NCBI GenBank assembly: GCA_010909165.1
Contig: MU008165.1
Coordinates: 1,426,001-1,490,000, forward strand
From: Anthoceros angustus
Lineage: Eukaryota; Plantae; Anthocerotophyta
Direction: 5' to 3'
Length of the DNA stretch: 64,000 nt
How positions within the stretch are numbered: the stretch's first letter is position 1; each line of letters opens with the position of its first letter. The notes below the pieces were generated by a model. The model was not told the DNA's origin. It saw only the letters and a program-made list of their open reading frames with translations, and ran no database searches. The position numbers and the translations under genes are program-made. This document shows positions 25,177 to 37,415 of the stretch, in pieces.

Positions 25177-26064
25177 GCGGTGACGGGCTGGTTATGAAAA
25201 GGCTGGACCCTGCTTACCAAGAGTGTACTTGGAGCACTTCTCTGTGAGGCAGCTTTGCTTTGATGTGCACATTGGTAACCAGCCACTCATCGGTTTGTAT
25301 GGAGTGCGCATCTACCTTGTCCTGCCTAGGGAGCAGGAGCGCGCAGTGTACATTTCCGTGTTGTTGGAGTGTGCAAGCAGCCTCCAGAGGTGGCCAACTT
25401 AGAGTATGGCGCAGGTCTTCAATGTCGCGATGTTGAGGGGATGCTCCACACCACAATGAGGGCCTCACGTCCTCACAAACCTCTGCTTTTTTGCTAGTTG
25501 ACGCTCATTTAGGTTACACTGGTTCCACTACCGTCTGCGGGTATGCCCTACGACTTTAGGCTAGGAAACGCGCTAAACTCGCACTGTTTTGTGAACTCGT
25601 CGTGAAACGTGGACTGAATATATCAGTTACTAAAACTTTTAGACTTGCCATCTCGCAACTCCCTGGCGCCCTAATTGTCAGCCCTAACATTTCAGAATAA
25701 GCCCTCAATGCCTGAACGGACCGTGTGGGGAAGGACTAAAGCATTCGCCGTTACATTGTATGGCATGGGCTCCGAAGTGTTGCTGCGTCAGATAAATCGT
25801 CGATGGGCGAGTAGGAGTTAGGAAGAGAATCCCAGCAGCAGGCGACCCCTCTACCACTTCAAAGATGGTGGTTTTTGGTGACGGAAAAACGTGCACACAA
25901 CTCTGAGACGTCTCAGGCTTCAGCGAGGGATGTAATGTCAAGACCGAGCTTCCGCGGAGTTAGGGATAGCAGCTTGCCGGTGGATCGCAAGGATGTCACG
26001 AGGTGAATAAAATTTATCTGCGTACCTCGTCGGACTTGACAAGCAGCGCTTACAATCGGAGCTC

Positions 26065-28487
26065 ATGGCAAGTGCCGTAGTGGAAACCACTGTGGATGAA
26101 TTAAGACGGGAGATTGACGAGCTGCATCGTCAGCAACGTGAGGTCAATTCCCGTTTCCTTCCCGCTTAGGGTTTTGCATAGCCAAATCTAACTGTGGGTA
26201 CGGTTCTTTTGCTTCCATCAGCAGCTCGTTGGCTGCTGAAGACAGCGCGCTGCTGATCGAGCTTCTGCTTCCTTGTTGATTATGTGTTGCTTGACGAAAC
26301 TTGGTTCCGATTTGCGCCTTTTGTCACTTGCTGTCAGCTTGTATTTTGCCTCTCCTGCTGTACTTGGTTATCTTCTTAGGTCGGAATTGTTGAACCGCAG
26401 CTTGCATTTGATTTTTTTGGTATAGTAGGGGATGGTGCTGGCGATCTCACACCCGAAAGTGCTGTTCTGGGATGCTGCAGATTACAGAAAGGCTTCGAGA
26501 TCCTCGAGGCCTCAGGAAAGGAGTTCTTGCTGGTGGTCCTCGGAATGCTGGTGCTGGTCCTTTACGCCCTGCTGGGAGAGGTGGACCGCCACGAGGGCTC
26601 CGAAGGGTGTGCTTCATACGCTCCTCTTGTCTTGTTGGAAGTTTCCTCTCAAAATGTTTCCTGCATGTCTACATCTCACATGCCTTTCTTGTTTCAGGGA
26701 CCTCTGGGTGACGCGGAGGGCCAGCCACCACCCAAGAAACGGCTTCTGTCTGCGGTGGTGAAGGTACTGTCCAAGAGAGTACAGTTTCTGAGGATGGCCA
26801 GATTCGTTGGTCTGTTTCAGTGGTTCTCAGGGCTGGCCCTTGAATTTCTGTAGGTGGACGAAGTGGAAGAGTCTGCCACAGTGGACGAGGCTCAAAATGG
26901 TGATGCCAAGGAGAGAGATTCAGAAGCCAACGAAGAAGGAGGTGATCAGAAGCCCAATTCTGCAGCTGGTTCACAACCTGGAAGGCGAGATAGCAGGCGA
27001 GGGGACAGAGGATATAAGGTGCTTTGTTCTTGCTCTACTTTCTCACTGCTATCACCTGAGTTTCCTTATCTGCTGTAGCTCATCCTTGTACTCATTTCTA
27101 CTTTTAGGAACCTGAGGATCACATTGTGGAGCCTCAGCCCAGGGTACTGCCTAAAGTGGATGATCCTAACGTAGCAAAGAGGAATCGCAGGATGTTTGGT
27201 GCTCTCTTGGGAACTTTGGAGGTAAGTTTGGCCTGTCTCAGGAAACTTGAATTCAGCTCATGATGTTCGTCTTATGGATGTGTGAATGCATGTGGTTGCG
27301 TTGTCCTCTAAATTGGTCTTTTGCGTCCAGAAATTCAGACAAGAAGACCAAAAGCTCTCCGGCTCAGATGCCTTCATGCGGCGATCAGATTCCTTGAAAA
27401 GGGTATGCCATGATCTGTCCCTTCTGAGTAGTTTGGCACACCCAATTAATTCATTTTTTTCCTCATCCTTTGCATTTGCTCAGGCCGAGCAGAAGGCGCA
27501 AGAAGAAAGTGAGCGGTTGCGGCAACAAGAGCGAGAACAGTTAGCTGAAAAACGACGGAAAGATTTGGTGAGGAAATTTTGTTTTGTTCACTACAACTGT
27601 TTTCAGTAGCTTTTCTTTTGTGTTGCTCTTGGTTACATCCAGCTTTTATGAAGGCAGAAGCTTGACCTAGTGTGTTTTGCCTGGAAATTTCTCAATGTAG
27701 ATGCTCCGGGGACGGATAGCTGCCAAAGCTGAGGAGAAGCAGCTCGAGTTACTGTTTATACATTGGACAGAGCATCAAACTAAGCTTGCTACATTTCTCA
27801 GGTTAGTGAGCCTAGGTGATTTCTGAGCCTCGTGTGGACACATGGCTTGCCTTATGTGGAAAGGGGGGTCTGAATTATGACATTTGTCCTTCGTTGCAGG
27901 ACTAAAGCAGAGCCAGCTATATTCTGGATGCCAGCTAAGCCATCAGAGGAAACTGACAAGCTTCTGGAAGAGCGGCAGAAGGTAATTTTGGAGAGAGCGT
28001 TCTTGTTGCCTCCTTGGCCTACCCTCAGCACTTTGAGCCCACTGCTGTTCTCAAGAGCAATTCTTTATCTTGGCATTGGTAATCTAATGCACTGCATGTT
28101 GAACAGGAGCTGATCCAGTGGAAAGACAGCAGGCGAGAAGAGCTAACTGCATATCAATCTGAAATTTCGATAGCCCACATTGCCCACGTTGAAGCAGAAA
28201 TCGAGAGGTGGCAATCCAGAGCGCAAGGGAGAAATAATGCCGCCACTGATGATGCGGAAATGGAGATAGGCATGGAAATGGCAAATGGGCCCAAAAAATT
28301 TGGCATCAGGATATCCAAGACGGTAGAAGATGATGACCAGGATAAGGGTGATGACGACGGAGAGGATGATCTGGAGGTCCCCGAAGAGGAAGATGATGTG
28401 GATAAGAAGAACGGCACCGAGGATGGTGGAGTGTTGACTGGCGTTCTTGGGTATGGTAGTGGGGAGGATGTGGCCAAAGAAAGATGA
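26065..28487 (+). CDS. PNN: Pinin/SDK/MemA-family splicing (EJC/PSAP) protein, multi-exon
   Basis: MASAVVETTVDELRREIDELHRQQRE|ITERLRDPRGLRKG, KKRLLSAVVK, KRNRRMFGALLGTLE|KFRQED, RTKAEPAIFWMP, and an acidic tail. Confidence 0.88.
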
Positions 28488-29039
28488 TAACAGCAGTTTT
28501 TGGAGCCTGAGCCTGTGGCACTGCTGAGATTCACTCGGTTCTCAAAGTAGTTGAAGGCGATTTGCTTCGAAGTGAGAGATGTATTCTCGGCAGATATTGT
28601 ATGCTGGTAGCAATGTTCGGGGATCGATGAGTATGTACTTGCTATTTGTTGAGCGGCCTTGCTGGGTGGTGATTCGGCTTCGTAGAGAACCAATTCGCAT
28701 TCGATTCGAGCCCCTATCTTTTAGCAAAATCAGTGTAAGGGGTGCCCACTGGTACGATTTAACGGTGCCACTTTGGTCACCGCAGCCCAGGTGTTGGACG
28801 CCTATAAATTTTGGCCAGTATCATGAAGGTGTTAATTTGTTTGGACCTAGTCTTGGAGAGTTGAACTCCTTGCCTTTGACAAGTTCACTAGGTATACTTT
28901 GTATGTATAGCTATGTATACTTTTACTTTACTTTACTTTAAAGTAAAAGTAAACCTGTACGTACAAAGTGCAATTGACAAAAAGAATACATTATGCACTA
29001 TCTTGTGAAATGATGGTCAAGGTCATATCTCGGCAATAC

Positions 29040-29550
29040 CATGGTTCCCCGGCCGCGTTCTCCAGCTTGTACCTCCAGCTTGAACGGAGACAACTTCAAA
29101 GAGTTCTTTAGCTTGCTCTCCAGCTTGTACCGAGACAACTTCAAAGAGTTCTCTAGCTTGCTCTCCAGCTTGTACCGAGACAACTTCAAAGAGTTCTCTA
29201 GCTTGCACCGAGACTCCCCGGCCGCGTTCTCCAACTTGTACCGAGACAACTTCAAAGAGTTCTCCAGCTTGCACCGAGACAACTTCAAAGAGTTCTCCAG
29301 CTTGCACCGAGACAACTTCAAAGAGTTCTCCAGCTTGCACCGAGACAACTTCAAAGAGTTCTCCAGCTTGCACCGAGACAACTTCAGAGAGCCGCATGGT
29401 TCCCCGAGATAGCTTGCACCAAGATAACTTCAGAGAGCCGTATGCTTCCCCAAGATAGCTGTTCCCCGGCCGCGTTCTCCAGCTTGCACCGAGATAACTC
29501 TCTGAAGTTTCTAACAACTTGCACCGAGATAACTCTCTGAAGTTTCTAAT
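29040..29550. repeat. 33-nt minisatellite array (ccgagacaacttcaaagagttctccagcttgca) with variants
   Basis: Perfect units around 29260-29385, with longer and more diverged units on both sides. Confidence 0.95.
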
Positions 29551-29790
29551 TATCTATCGATTTTACTCTTTGAAGTTTCTGATTATCTACCAATTTTTTT
29601 GAAGGGAGAAACAAGAAACAACCCAATCAATCTATTAGTTGTGTCTAAGAACTTATCTCTAGCAAGTATCTTCTCTTACTTGTATTGTCATTGGAGTAGC
29701 TTCTCCTTCTTATATTGCTATTGGAACGATGTAAGATCCTTGTTGGGTGTACAATGTCGTTTTCAGAGAGTAGTCCTTACATTTAATCCT

Positions 29791-30549
29791 AGAATGACTG
29801 ACCCACTCAAATTGAGTCTATTAACACATGTTCTTTAACATTGTGCACAATTTTTGCATGATACTTGTTTATGTTAAGCTGTCAATTTGTGGAAAATTCT
29901 GCCCTTTGAATTGGAAAAAATAATTGAAAACTTTTGAGCTATATATCCGATCGAAATGCAAGAGAATCTTTTAAAAAACTCACAAACGTTTCAAGATCCG
30001 GTACCCATTACTACCTAGGTACTCATCCGATACTACCTAGGTACTCATCCGATGGTCTAGATCTTTAATGCTTTGGAAAAACCTTTTCTTGGACTATGTT
30101 CCTGATTTATTTCCGAAATAAATATAATATTTTGATAATATTTTTGCTCAAAATATTTTATTTTGTTGTGAACAATAATAAGGAACACTTTCCATTGCAT
30201 TAAACCATGGACTATCCAATGAGTACCCTGGTGGTAATGGCTACTGTTTTTTGAAGGGTTTGTGAGTTTTCATAAAGATTCTTTCACGTGTCAATTGGAT
30301 ATGTTAGTCAACAGTTTTCAATTCGTTTTTGTAATGTAGATGGCAAACTTCTCCACAAAAGGCTACCTTAGCATGAACTAGTGTCACGTGGATATATTTA
30401 TGAAAAGTTTTCAATTATTTTTTGCAATGTAGATGGCAGAATTCTCCACGAAAGGCCACCTTAGCATGAACTAATGTCATACAAAAATTTGTGCACAATG
30501 TTAAAGAACATGGGTCAAAAGACTCTGATTTGAGTGGGTTGGTCATTCT
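29791..30549. mobile_element. Foldback/MITE-like element with ~300-nt imperfect inverted arms
   Basis: Left arm agaatgactgacccactcaaatt...gttctttaacattgtgcacaa... is the reverse complement of right arm ...ttgtgcacaatgttaaagaac...tttgagtgggttggtcattct. Arms ~29791-30090 and ~30180-30549. Confidence 0.8.
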
Positions 30550-31234
30550 GAGGTTAGTACCTGAAGCCTACCATTCAAGAAATGAGAAGTCATGATTAAT
30601 ATATACTCCAGGCCAAGATCCTATCCAAGCTAGAAGGCATGTAGATGTGTGAGCTATCCTCCAAATGTTAATCATGTATGCTTTTATCCTATTTAAATGA
30701 TTTCAAATGAAAGAGGCCACAACAACAACAAATTTGAGAATAGCTCGAAGGGACTTATAGAACATTGCACATGAGGATTATGACGTATAATGTACGGCCT
30801 TGAGAGTGGTGATAGGTTTCGTAGAGTTGCAATTAGGAGTTCAACTGCTTACGAGGGTAGCTCAATTCAAGCTCCTATCGACTAGCAAAATCAAAAGTGT
30901 AAAGGGTGCCCTCTAACTTTTGTCACCACAACTAACGACTCACCTTACCTACAGTAGAGTATTATAAATTTTGGTCAAGGTGCTTATTGGTTGTGTGTTA
31001 TATGAGAAAGTAAAACTCATTGCCTTTAGCAAGTTCACAACATACAAATTACATTATTTCATAGTGTTTGTTGTCCTATGCAAAGTAAGCATGAGAAAGG
31101 TTGTATCATAAATATTAAACACGAAGAAGGTTGTAAATTAGAAAACAATATCAAACACGTGGGTTACAACATCAAGCACGCGGAAGGTGATTTGGTAATG
31201 GAAGACTGTGAAACCTCGTTCGATTAAAAACCAA

Positions 31235-31480
31235 TACTAAATAGGACTGCGAAGCTGATATGATAATAAAAGGTATGAAACCTTAGAAGATACGATAGTA
31301 AAGGGCGTGGAACCTAGAAAGATTGAGCTGAATAATAAACGGAAAAGATGGGGAAAGTACTAAATAGGACTGCGAAGCTGATATGATAATAAAAGGTATG
31401 AAACCTTAGAAGATACGATAGTAAAGGGCATGGAACCTAGAAAGATTGAGCTGAATAATAAACGGAAAAGATGGGGAAAG
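31235..31480. repeat. 123-nt near-perfect tandem duplication
   Basis: tactaaataggactgcgaagc...agatggggaaag at 31235 and 31358. Confidence 0.95.
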
Positions 31481-31568
31481 AAGACTTTATTATAAAAAAG
31501 AGATGGAAAAACCCATCCACCCCAAAAACAAAAGTGAGAAAACCCAAATGCCAGGGGACTAGCCCCCA

Positions 31569-31770
31569 CGGAAAAAGATCAGTACATAGAATTGATGTCT
31601 ACCTAGAACTTGAGCATAGAATTGATGTCTACCTAGAACTTGAGATAATGAACGGAAAAAGATCAGTACATAGAATTGATGTCTACCTAGAACTTGAGCA
31701 TAGAATTGATGTCTACCTAGAACTTGAGATAATGAACGGCAAAAGATCAGTGCACAGAATTGATGTCTAC
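31569..31770. repeat. Nested tandem repeat (30-nt subunit within an 84-nt unit)
   Basis: agaattgatgtctac occurs five times; cggaaaaagatcagt at 31569, 31653 and 31737. Confidence 0.9.
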
Positions 31771-31874
31771 GTAATACCGTCGAGCACTTGAAGAGCGGGT
31801 ATCCTAGGAGAACAAGAGTTTACAACCTTCCAGGAAAAGTTCCTCTCCAGCTTCCAATTCCGTAAAATTCCATC

Positions 31875-31948
31875 TGCTCTAACTGAGAGTTGAACTCAGG
31901 ACCTCCCGCTTACTAAACGGGTGCTCTAACCAACTGAGCTATCAGAGC
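31875..31948 (-). tRNA. trnT-AGU: tRNA-Thr (anticodon AGU)
   Basis: Reverse complement folds as a cloverleaf: GCTCTGA TA GCTC AGTTGGTTA GAGC A CCCGT TT AGT AA GCGGG AGGTC CTGAG TTCAACT CTCAG TTAGAGC A. A- and B-boxes intact; TTTT Pol III terminator ~8 nt downstream. Confidence 0.96.
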
Positions 31949-32049
31949 GGATGACGATCAGTTGCTCATTATGTTAAAAATATTTTATTTTTGTTGAAGA
32001 AGTGACCACGACATAGCAACACCACCCCGAATTGTTTGCCAGAACGCAA

Positions 32050-34867
32050 ATGAGGATCGTGACGTACAATGTAAATGGGCTGCGAGCCCGGCTCTCCCAT
32101 TTGCGCCCTCTGCCAATATTTTTGGACTCTTTGAATGCAGACATCATCTGCATTCAGGTGGCATGCCAGCTCCCTACACCCTGCAGACTTCACACCTGTT
32201 TTGGGCTTCATCTCATTGACCTCTGTCCACTGCTTGCAGGAGACCAAATTATGCAGACAGGAACTGTCCGCTGACATTGCGGTAGCTGCGGGCTACGAGT
32301 CCTTCTTCTCTTGTACCCGCACAGCCAAGAAGGGCCGGATTGGTTACTCAGGTGAGCCCCGGCTTGGTCCTTGTGCTCACCATTCATGTGTGGCCTCACA
32401 TCCGTGACCTCGGTGAATTGCCTGCAGGAGTGGCAACCTTTTGCCGCGTTGCAAGCCACGTGAATGCTAATGATGCTGTGCCCCTGGCTGCGGATGAGGG
32501 GTTTACGGGCCTTTTGCATTGCTCCAAGGACGGCAAGTTGACACAGGAGAGGGGACGTGTTGGCTGCTACCAGGAGGTGTGGAACATGGAGCATATGAGC
32601 GCACAGGAGTTGCTCCGGCTGGACAGTGAGGGTCGGTGTGTGGTCACTGACCATGGCTCCTTTGGTAAGTAGAAGTAAGGGCGAGCCGTTGTTTGATGCA
32701 GGGGTTTCAGGGTTTATTCAGGCTGGCTGGATTTACTCGCAGTGCTTTTCAACATCTATGGTCCTCGGGTCCAAGCTGGAGACTCAGATCGGTTGCAGTT
32801 CAAATTGGACTTCTTCAGAGCCCTACAGGTGGCGTCATGTGGTTGCTTCCCTGGCTGTGCTCAATCCGCTGCTGTGTAACCCGTTTTTCTCCTGTCTTGT
32901 GATGCAGTGCAGGTGGGAGGGGCTTTTGAGAGAAGGGAGAGCTGTTATAGCTGTAGGGGACTTCAATATTTCGCCCTTCCCCATTGATTCTTGTGATCCT
33001 GGGCCAGAATTTGAACAGAATCCGTATGTGGTTTGCATTGACTGCAACTTAGCTTCGTCAGCTTGATGGTTACAGGTATGATTGATGTGTTCGTGCTTTG
33101 CGGTCCCTGCAGCTGCAGAGTATGGTTGAGGAGCTTGCTGTCATCTGGTGGCGGTCCATTTGTTGATGTGTTCAGGCAGTTGCATCCCCACCGGTAACAT
33201 ATCTTTTTGATCACTCCGTGTGTGTCATCATGCTGGAAATACAAATATCTGACGAAGGGGTATGTGCTTCTGTCCCACCTCAAATTGCAGGAGAGAGGCA
33301 TACACATGCTGGTCACAGGCTTCTGGAGCAGAGGAGTTCAATTTTGGAACTCGCATTGACCTGATTCTTGTAGGTGGACCATGTTCACATTCAGATCGTC
33401 CTTTTGACTCAGGATCCCACTTCTTTGGTGACTGTGAGGTAGAAGAGTCGGATATTCTCCTGGCGCACAAGCGTGCCAAAACAGATTCCCTGCCTAGGTT
33501 TGTCCATTTTATCCGTATGGTCTGTAGGATTCGTGCAGCCCATGATGTTATGTGCAAGTGAACCGGTGAGGTAGGTTGCTCACACAGGCCCCAGTTTAAG
33601 GCTGACATGTGGTTTGGTACTCATGTCAGATGGGCTGGAGGCAGGAGCCTTAAACTTGAAGGCTCAGACCACGCACCTGTTTATGTCAAGCTCAGGAAGC
33701 AGCCTTGTCTGCCAGCCCACGATGTTCCTCCTCTAGCAGCTCGTTTTATGCCAGAGCTTCGTGGGCGTCAGCAAAGCATAGGTACAAGTGCAGTGACATG
33801 TGTTTCTGATGCTTGAAAGATGGAGGACATAGTATCTGTTGACTCAACTTGTTCTTGTTGTTGCTGGCACTGGCAGTCTCTTTATTTCAAAAGCAACCAC
33901 AAGGGCCGTCGGATGAGAGACCGAAGCGAAAGCATGATGATACCGCTGAGGTTTGCAATGGCGAGCACAGGAACGAAGCGCACCTAGAGGGCGTGCAAGA
34001 ATATGGGAAAATGGAGGGTGCGGATTGCACCCCCCTGCAGGGCAACCTTCAAGTGCAGGGGAATATTCATGTTGGAAACTCCCAATTTTTGACAGCAGTA
34101 GGAACAGTGGCTGTGCAGCAAGATAGTCGTAGTGTGTGTGCAGTGAGTGTTGATCCGCAAAAGGCAGCGAAAGCAGGAAAGAAGTCGAGCAGTGATAGAA
34201 ATTCGAATGGCCAGCGAGCTGTTCAGAGTAGCCTCCAGTCCTTCTTCGCGCGAGCTGGGCCTGTGGAAGCAGTTGTGGAGAAGGCCGGCGTGCTTCAGGG
34301 CCCCATGAAACTGGGGAATGACACAGACTTTAGATCTACTGTTATGTCGAGTTATGACTCTGTTGCCACCTTCAACACCGAGGATTCCATGTCCTTGTGT
34401 GGAGATGAGAAACAGCAGCAGGGCACGGTTTCAGATAGGCCAGAGGTTGTGGGCGGCAATGGTGTTGTGTCTGGGGGCAAGCAAGAAACAGCAGCCGCTG
34501 AATGGCAGAGAATTCAACAGTTCATGGCAGCCAACGTCCCTCTTTGCAGAGGTCATGGGGAGCCCTGCGTGGTGAGGCAGGTCAAGAAAGCGGGCCCCAA
34601 CATTGGGCGTGGGTTCTATGTATGCGCTCGAGCTCAGGTGGGTGTTGCTCTTCTCCTGGAGGCCTGTGGGAGTGCAGTGACGGCAACCCACCACCAGTGG
34701 GTGTTGAAAATCGGCCGTTGCAGCCTGCTAACGTCGATGGTGGACCGTGTCAACAGGGACCAGCTTCGAATCCAGCGGCCCGGTGTGACCATTTCGAATG
34801 GGCTTCGATGAAAGCGAGGAGCAGGAGACAGGGTCTCGGCAACGGCAACGGCAAAGGCAAAGGCTGA
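32050..34867 (+). CDS. APE2: DNA-(apurinic/apyrimidinic site) endonuclease 2 with C-terminal GRF zinc finger, multi-exon
   Basis: [18 protein letters not shown]|ETK, GYSG|[31 protein letters not shown]-like QSSLQSFF, and [23 protein letters not shown]...CDHFEW. Confidence 0.93.
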
Positions 34868-35988
34868 CGTGCTCGGGCACCGTGAGGAGAATCTGGGATA
34901 CCAACAAGGCCAACTCCAGGGAGGTGCGAACTGCCAAAATGCACGTCATGCGTTTGTGTGTGGTGCCGCCACTGTGACTGTGCCTGTGCCGTTTCCGCTG
35001 TTTGGCCACTTTGTCAAGGAAACGGGCTGTGGCCCACCCACATGCTGCCTTGAATGCAGGCTGTAAAGCGTCATCAAGGTGGACTCGGAGCGAGTCATGG
35101 TCCCGCTGGTCACATGCTTCCTGGAACATTCCACATCTCGCTCTCGGCCTGTCCTAAAAGGGTGCGTAACTCTGTGATGTTACATGTACCAATTCTACAG
35201 AACCAGTTGTCGTTCCCACAGCACCCACTTGCCCATTTTAGTAGTAATCCTTCGCGTGCAGCATGGAGGCCTCCCTTGGTGACCTCCGGGAACATTGAAC
35301 GTGGACAGAGTGGAAGCAGGGTTTTGCGAGTCTAATCTTGACCTGCTTTGCGATTTGCGCTGTGCACTGGCACCCTAAGCTCATGTCCGGGGACCAGGGG
35401 AGATGGTGTGATGGGCATCGCCCCGGCCCTGTGTTCCCGCCCCTTGCTTTATTTGTCTAGCTGTCTGGCAGCTCAGCATCTTGACTCCCGGTATCGAAGA
35501 TCTTTGAAACGTCAAATTCGTTCACCAAGTACAAGCCTCGAAAGTTACACTGTATGTCCTCGAACCCTGCGCTTGTTTCATTGCTCTGAATTGATGTCAA
35601 GAACTTAAATACTGTTCTTCTTCGAGGGTTCTATTGAGGTACGTTATGTGAATGAGGGTCACTTACAGAATTTTATTGGCGCTAAAAGAATTTGAAGGAA
35701 CGGATTGTGGTCCTGAAGTGAATCTCAACGGGAAGGAAAGATGAAATACAAAGGTGGGTCCGGCATAGCCGGATAGTGCGAGCGTTGTGGGCGCGTTCCA
35801 TGAGGCAGACGAGCCCTGACTGCGGACTGCGGACTGCGGACTGCGGCCGAGCCGTGCCTATTAATTGCTGCCTCAGAGCCGTGCGCCTGGGGAGCCTGTG
35901 TGAGTGCAATCAAGAGTCCTGCCGGATCGCCGTCGCCATCTCTCCTGCCTGTGCCGATTTCGTGCTGCACCAGCGTGCGACTGCAACC

Positions 35989-37415
35989 ATGGCGGATGCG
36001 AAGAAGCACGTGGTGATCGTTGGAGGAGGCGTGGGAGGCGCCTCTGCGGCCAAGGCATTGGAGGATGTTGCGAATGTGACTCTCGTGGATCCGTAGGTGG
36101 CCCTGAACGATGCCTGCGGGAGCCGGGAGCTGGGAGCCGGGAGCTGGGATTGGGATTGGGAATGGGAGTCGTTGTGCTCTGTTTTTCTACCTTTTTGGGT
36201 GCGGCAGGGAGGCTGGCTCTGATGCGGGTTGTGCTTGTCTGATGGCATCCCCGCAGGAAGGACTACTTCGAGGTCCCCTACGCGGGGCTGCGGATGATCG
36301 TGGAGCCCAAGGTTGCAGAGAAGGCCATCTTCCTGCACTCCGAGTACCTCAAGAAGAGCACCCTGGTGCACGGCAGCGCCACCAGCATCTCGGACTCGGA
36401 AGTGGGCTTGAGCGATGGCACCTGCGTGCCGTACGACTACCTCGTCATCGCCACGGGGAGCACCTTCTCGGGGCCTGCCACAAGAGCGGAGCGCGTCTCC
36501 TTCCTCGAGACAGGTGGGTCGTGTGGGACATGGATCCGTGTGGGCTGGGGGTGGTAGCTGGGCGGCGACCACGGCGTTTGTGCTGACGCTGGCGTGGGCT
36601 GGCTGGCTGGCTCCCTGTGGCAGAGCACAAGAGACTGGTGGCAGCCAACTCCGTGCTGATCGTGGGAGGAGGCCCGGTGGGCGTGGAGCTGGCGGGCGAG
36701 ATCGTCACCGACTTCCCTGACAAGAAGGTGACGCTGGTGCACGGCGGGGACAGGCTCATCGAGTTCGTGCGGCCCAAGGCGGGCAAGAAGGCCTTGGATT
36801 GGCTGGTGTCGAAGAAGGTGGAGGTGATTCTGAACGACCGAGTGGAGGTCCAGCCCGGCTCCACCGACGTGCCCTCCGCCACCGCTTCCGGGAAGGCTCT
36901 CTCGGCCGATGCCCTGTTCGTGGCCATCGGGAAGAAGGTGGGCAGCGGCTGGCTCCAGGAGTCGTCTCTGGCGAGTGCTGTGGACGCTGACGGGAGGTTG
37001 AAGGTGAACGCCACCACTCTGGCTGTTGAGGGCAAGGAGAACGTGTTCGCCGTCGGGGACGTTACGGACATCAAGGTGCCCGCAATTCCTCCTGGACGAA
37101 TTTCCTGGCTTTGCATCTCCTTCCCTGGATTAATGGTGTGACTGGCGGGCTTTGCAGGAAAACAAGCAAGGATACTACGCTGCCAAGCACGCAGAGGTGG
37201 TTGCGAAGAACATCAAGACGCTCATCAAGGCGGGGAAAAACCCCAAGCCGGCCTTGTACAAGTCAGGGCCGCCCATGGGCGTCGTCAGCCTCGGCCGGAA
37301 GAGCGCTGTGGCGGATCTTCCCTTCGGCGTTTTCCAGGGCAAAATCCCCGCCTTGATCAAGAGCAAAGACCTCTTCATTTCTAAAACACGGAAAGACTTG
37401 GGATTGGCGGCATGA
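35989..37415 (+). CDS. FAD/NAD(P)H pyridine nucleotide-disulphide oxidoreductase, AIFM2/FSP1(AMID)-like, 4 exons
   Basis: HVVIVGGGVGG, VPYDYLVIATGS, LIVGGGPVGVELAGEI, NVFAVGDVTD, VSLGRKSAV and IKSKDLF. Confidence 0.88.

Noticed and set aside
29040-29550. CRISPR-like array
   Set aside because: Units are contiguous with no unique spacers, there are no cas genes, and the context is eukaryotic; it is a minisatellite.
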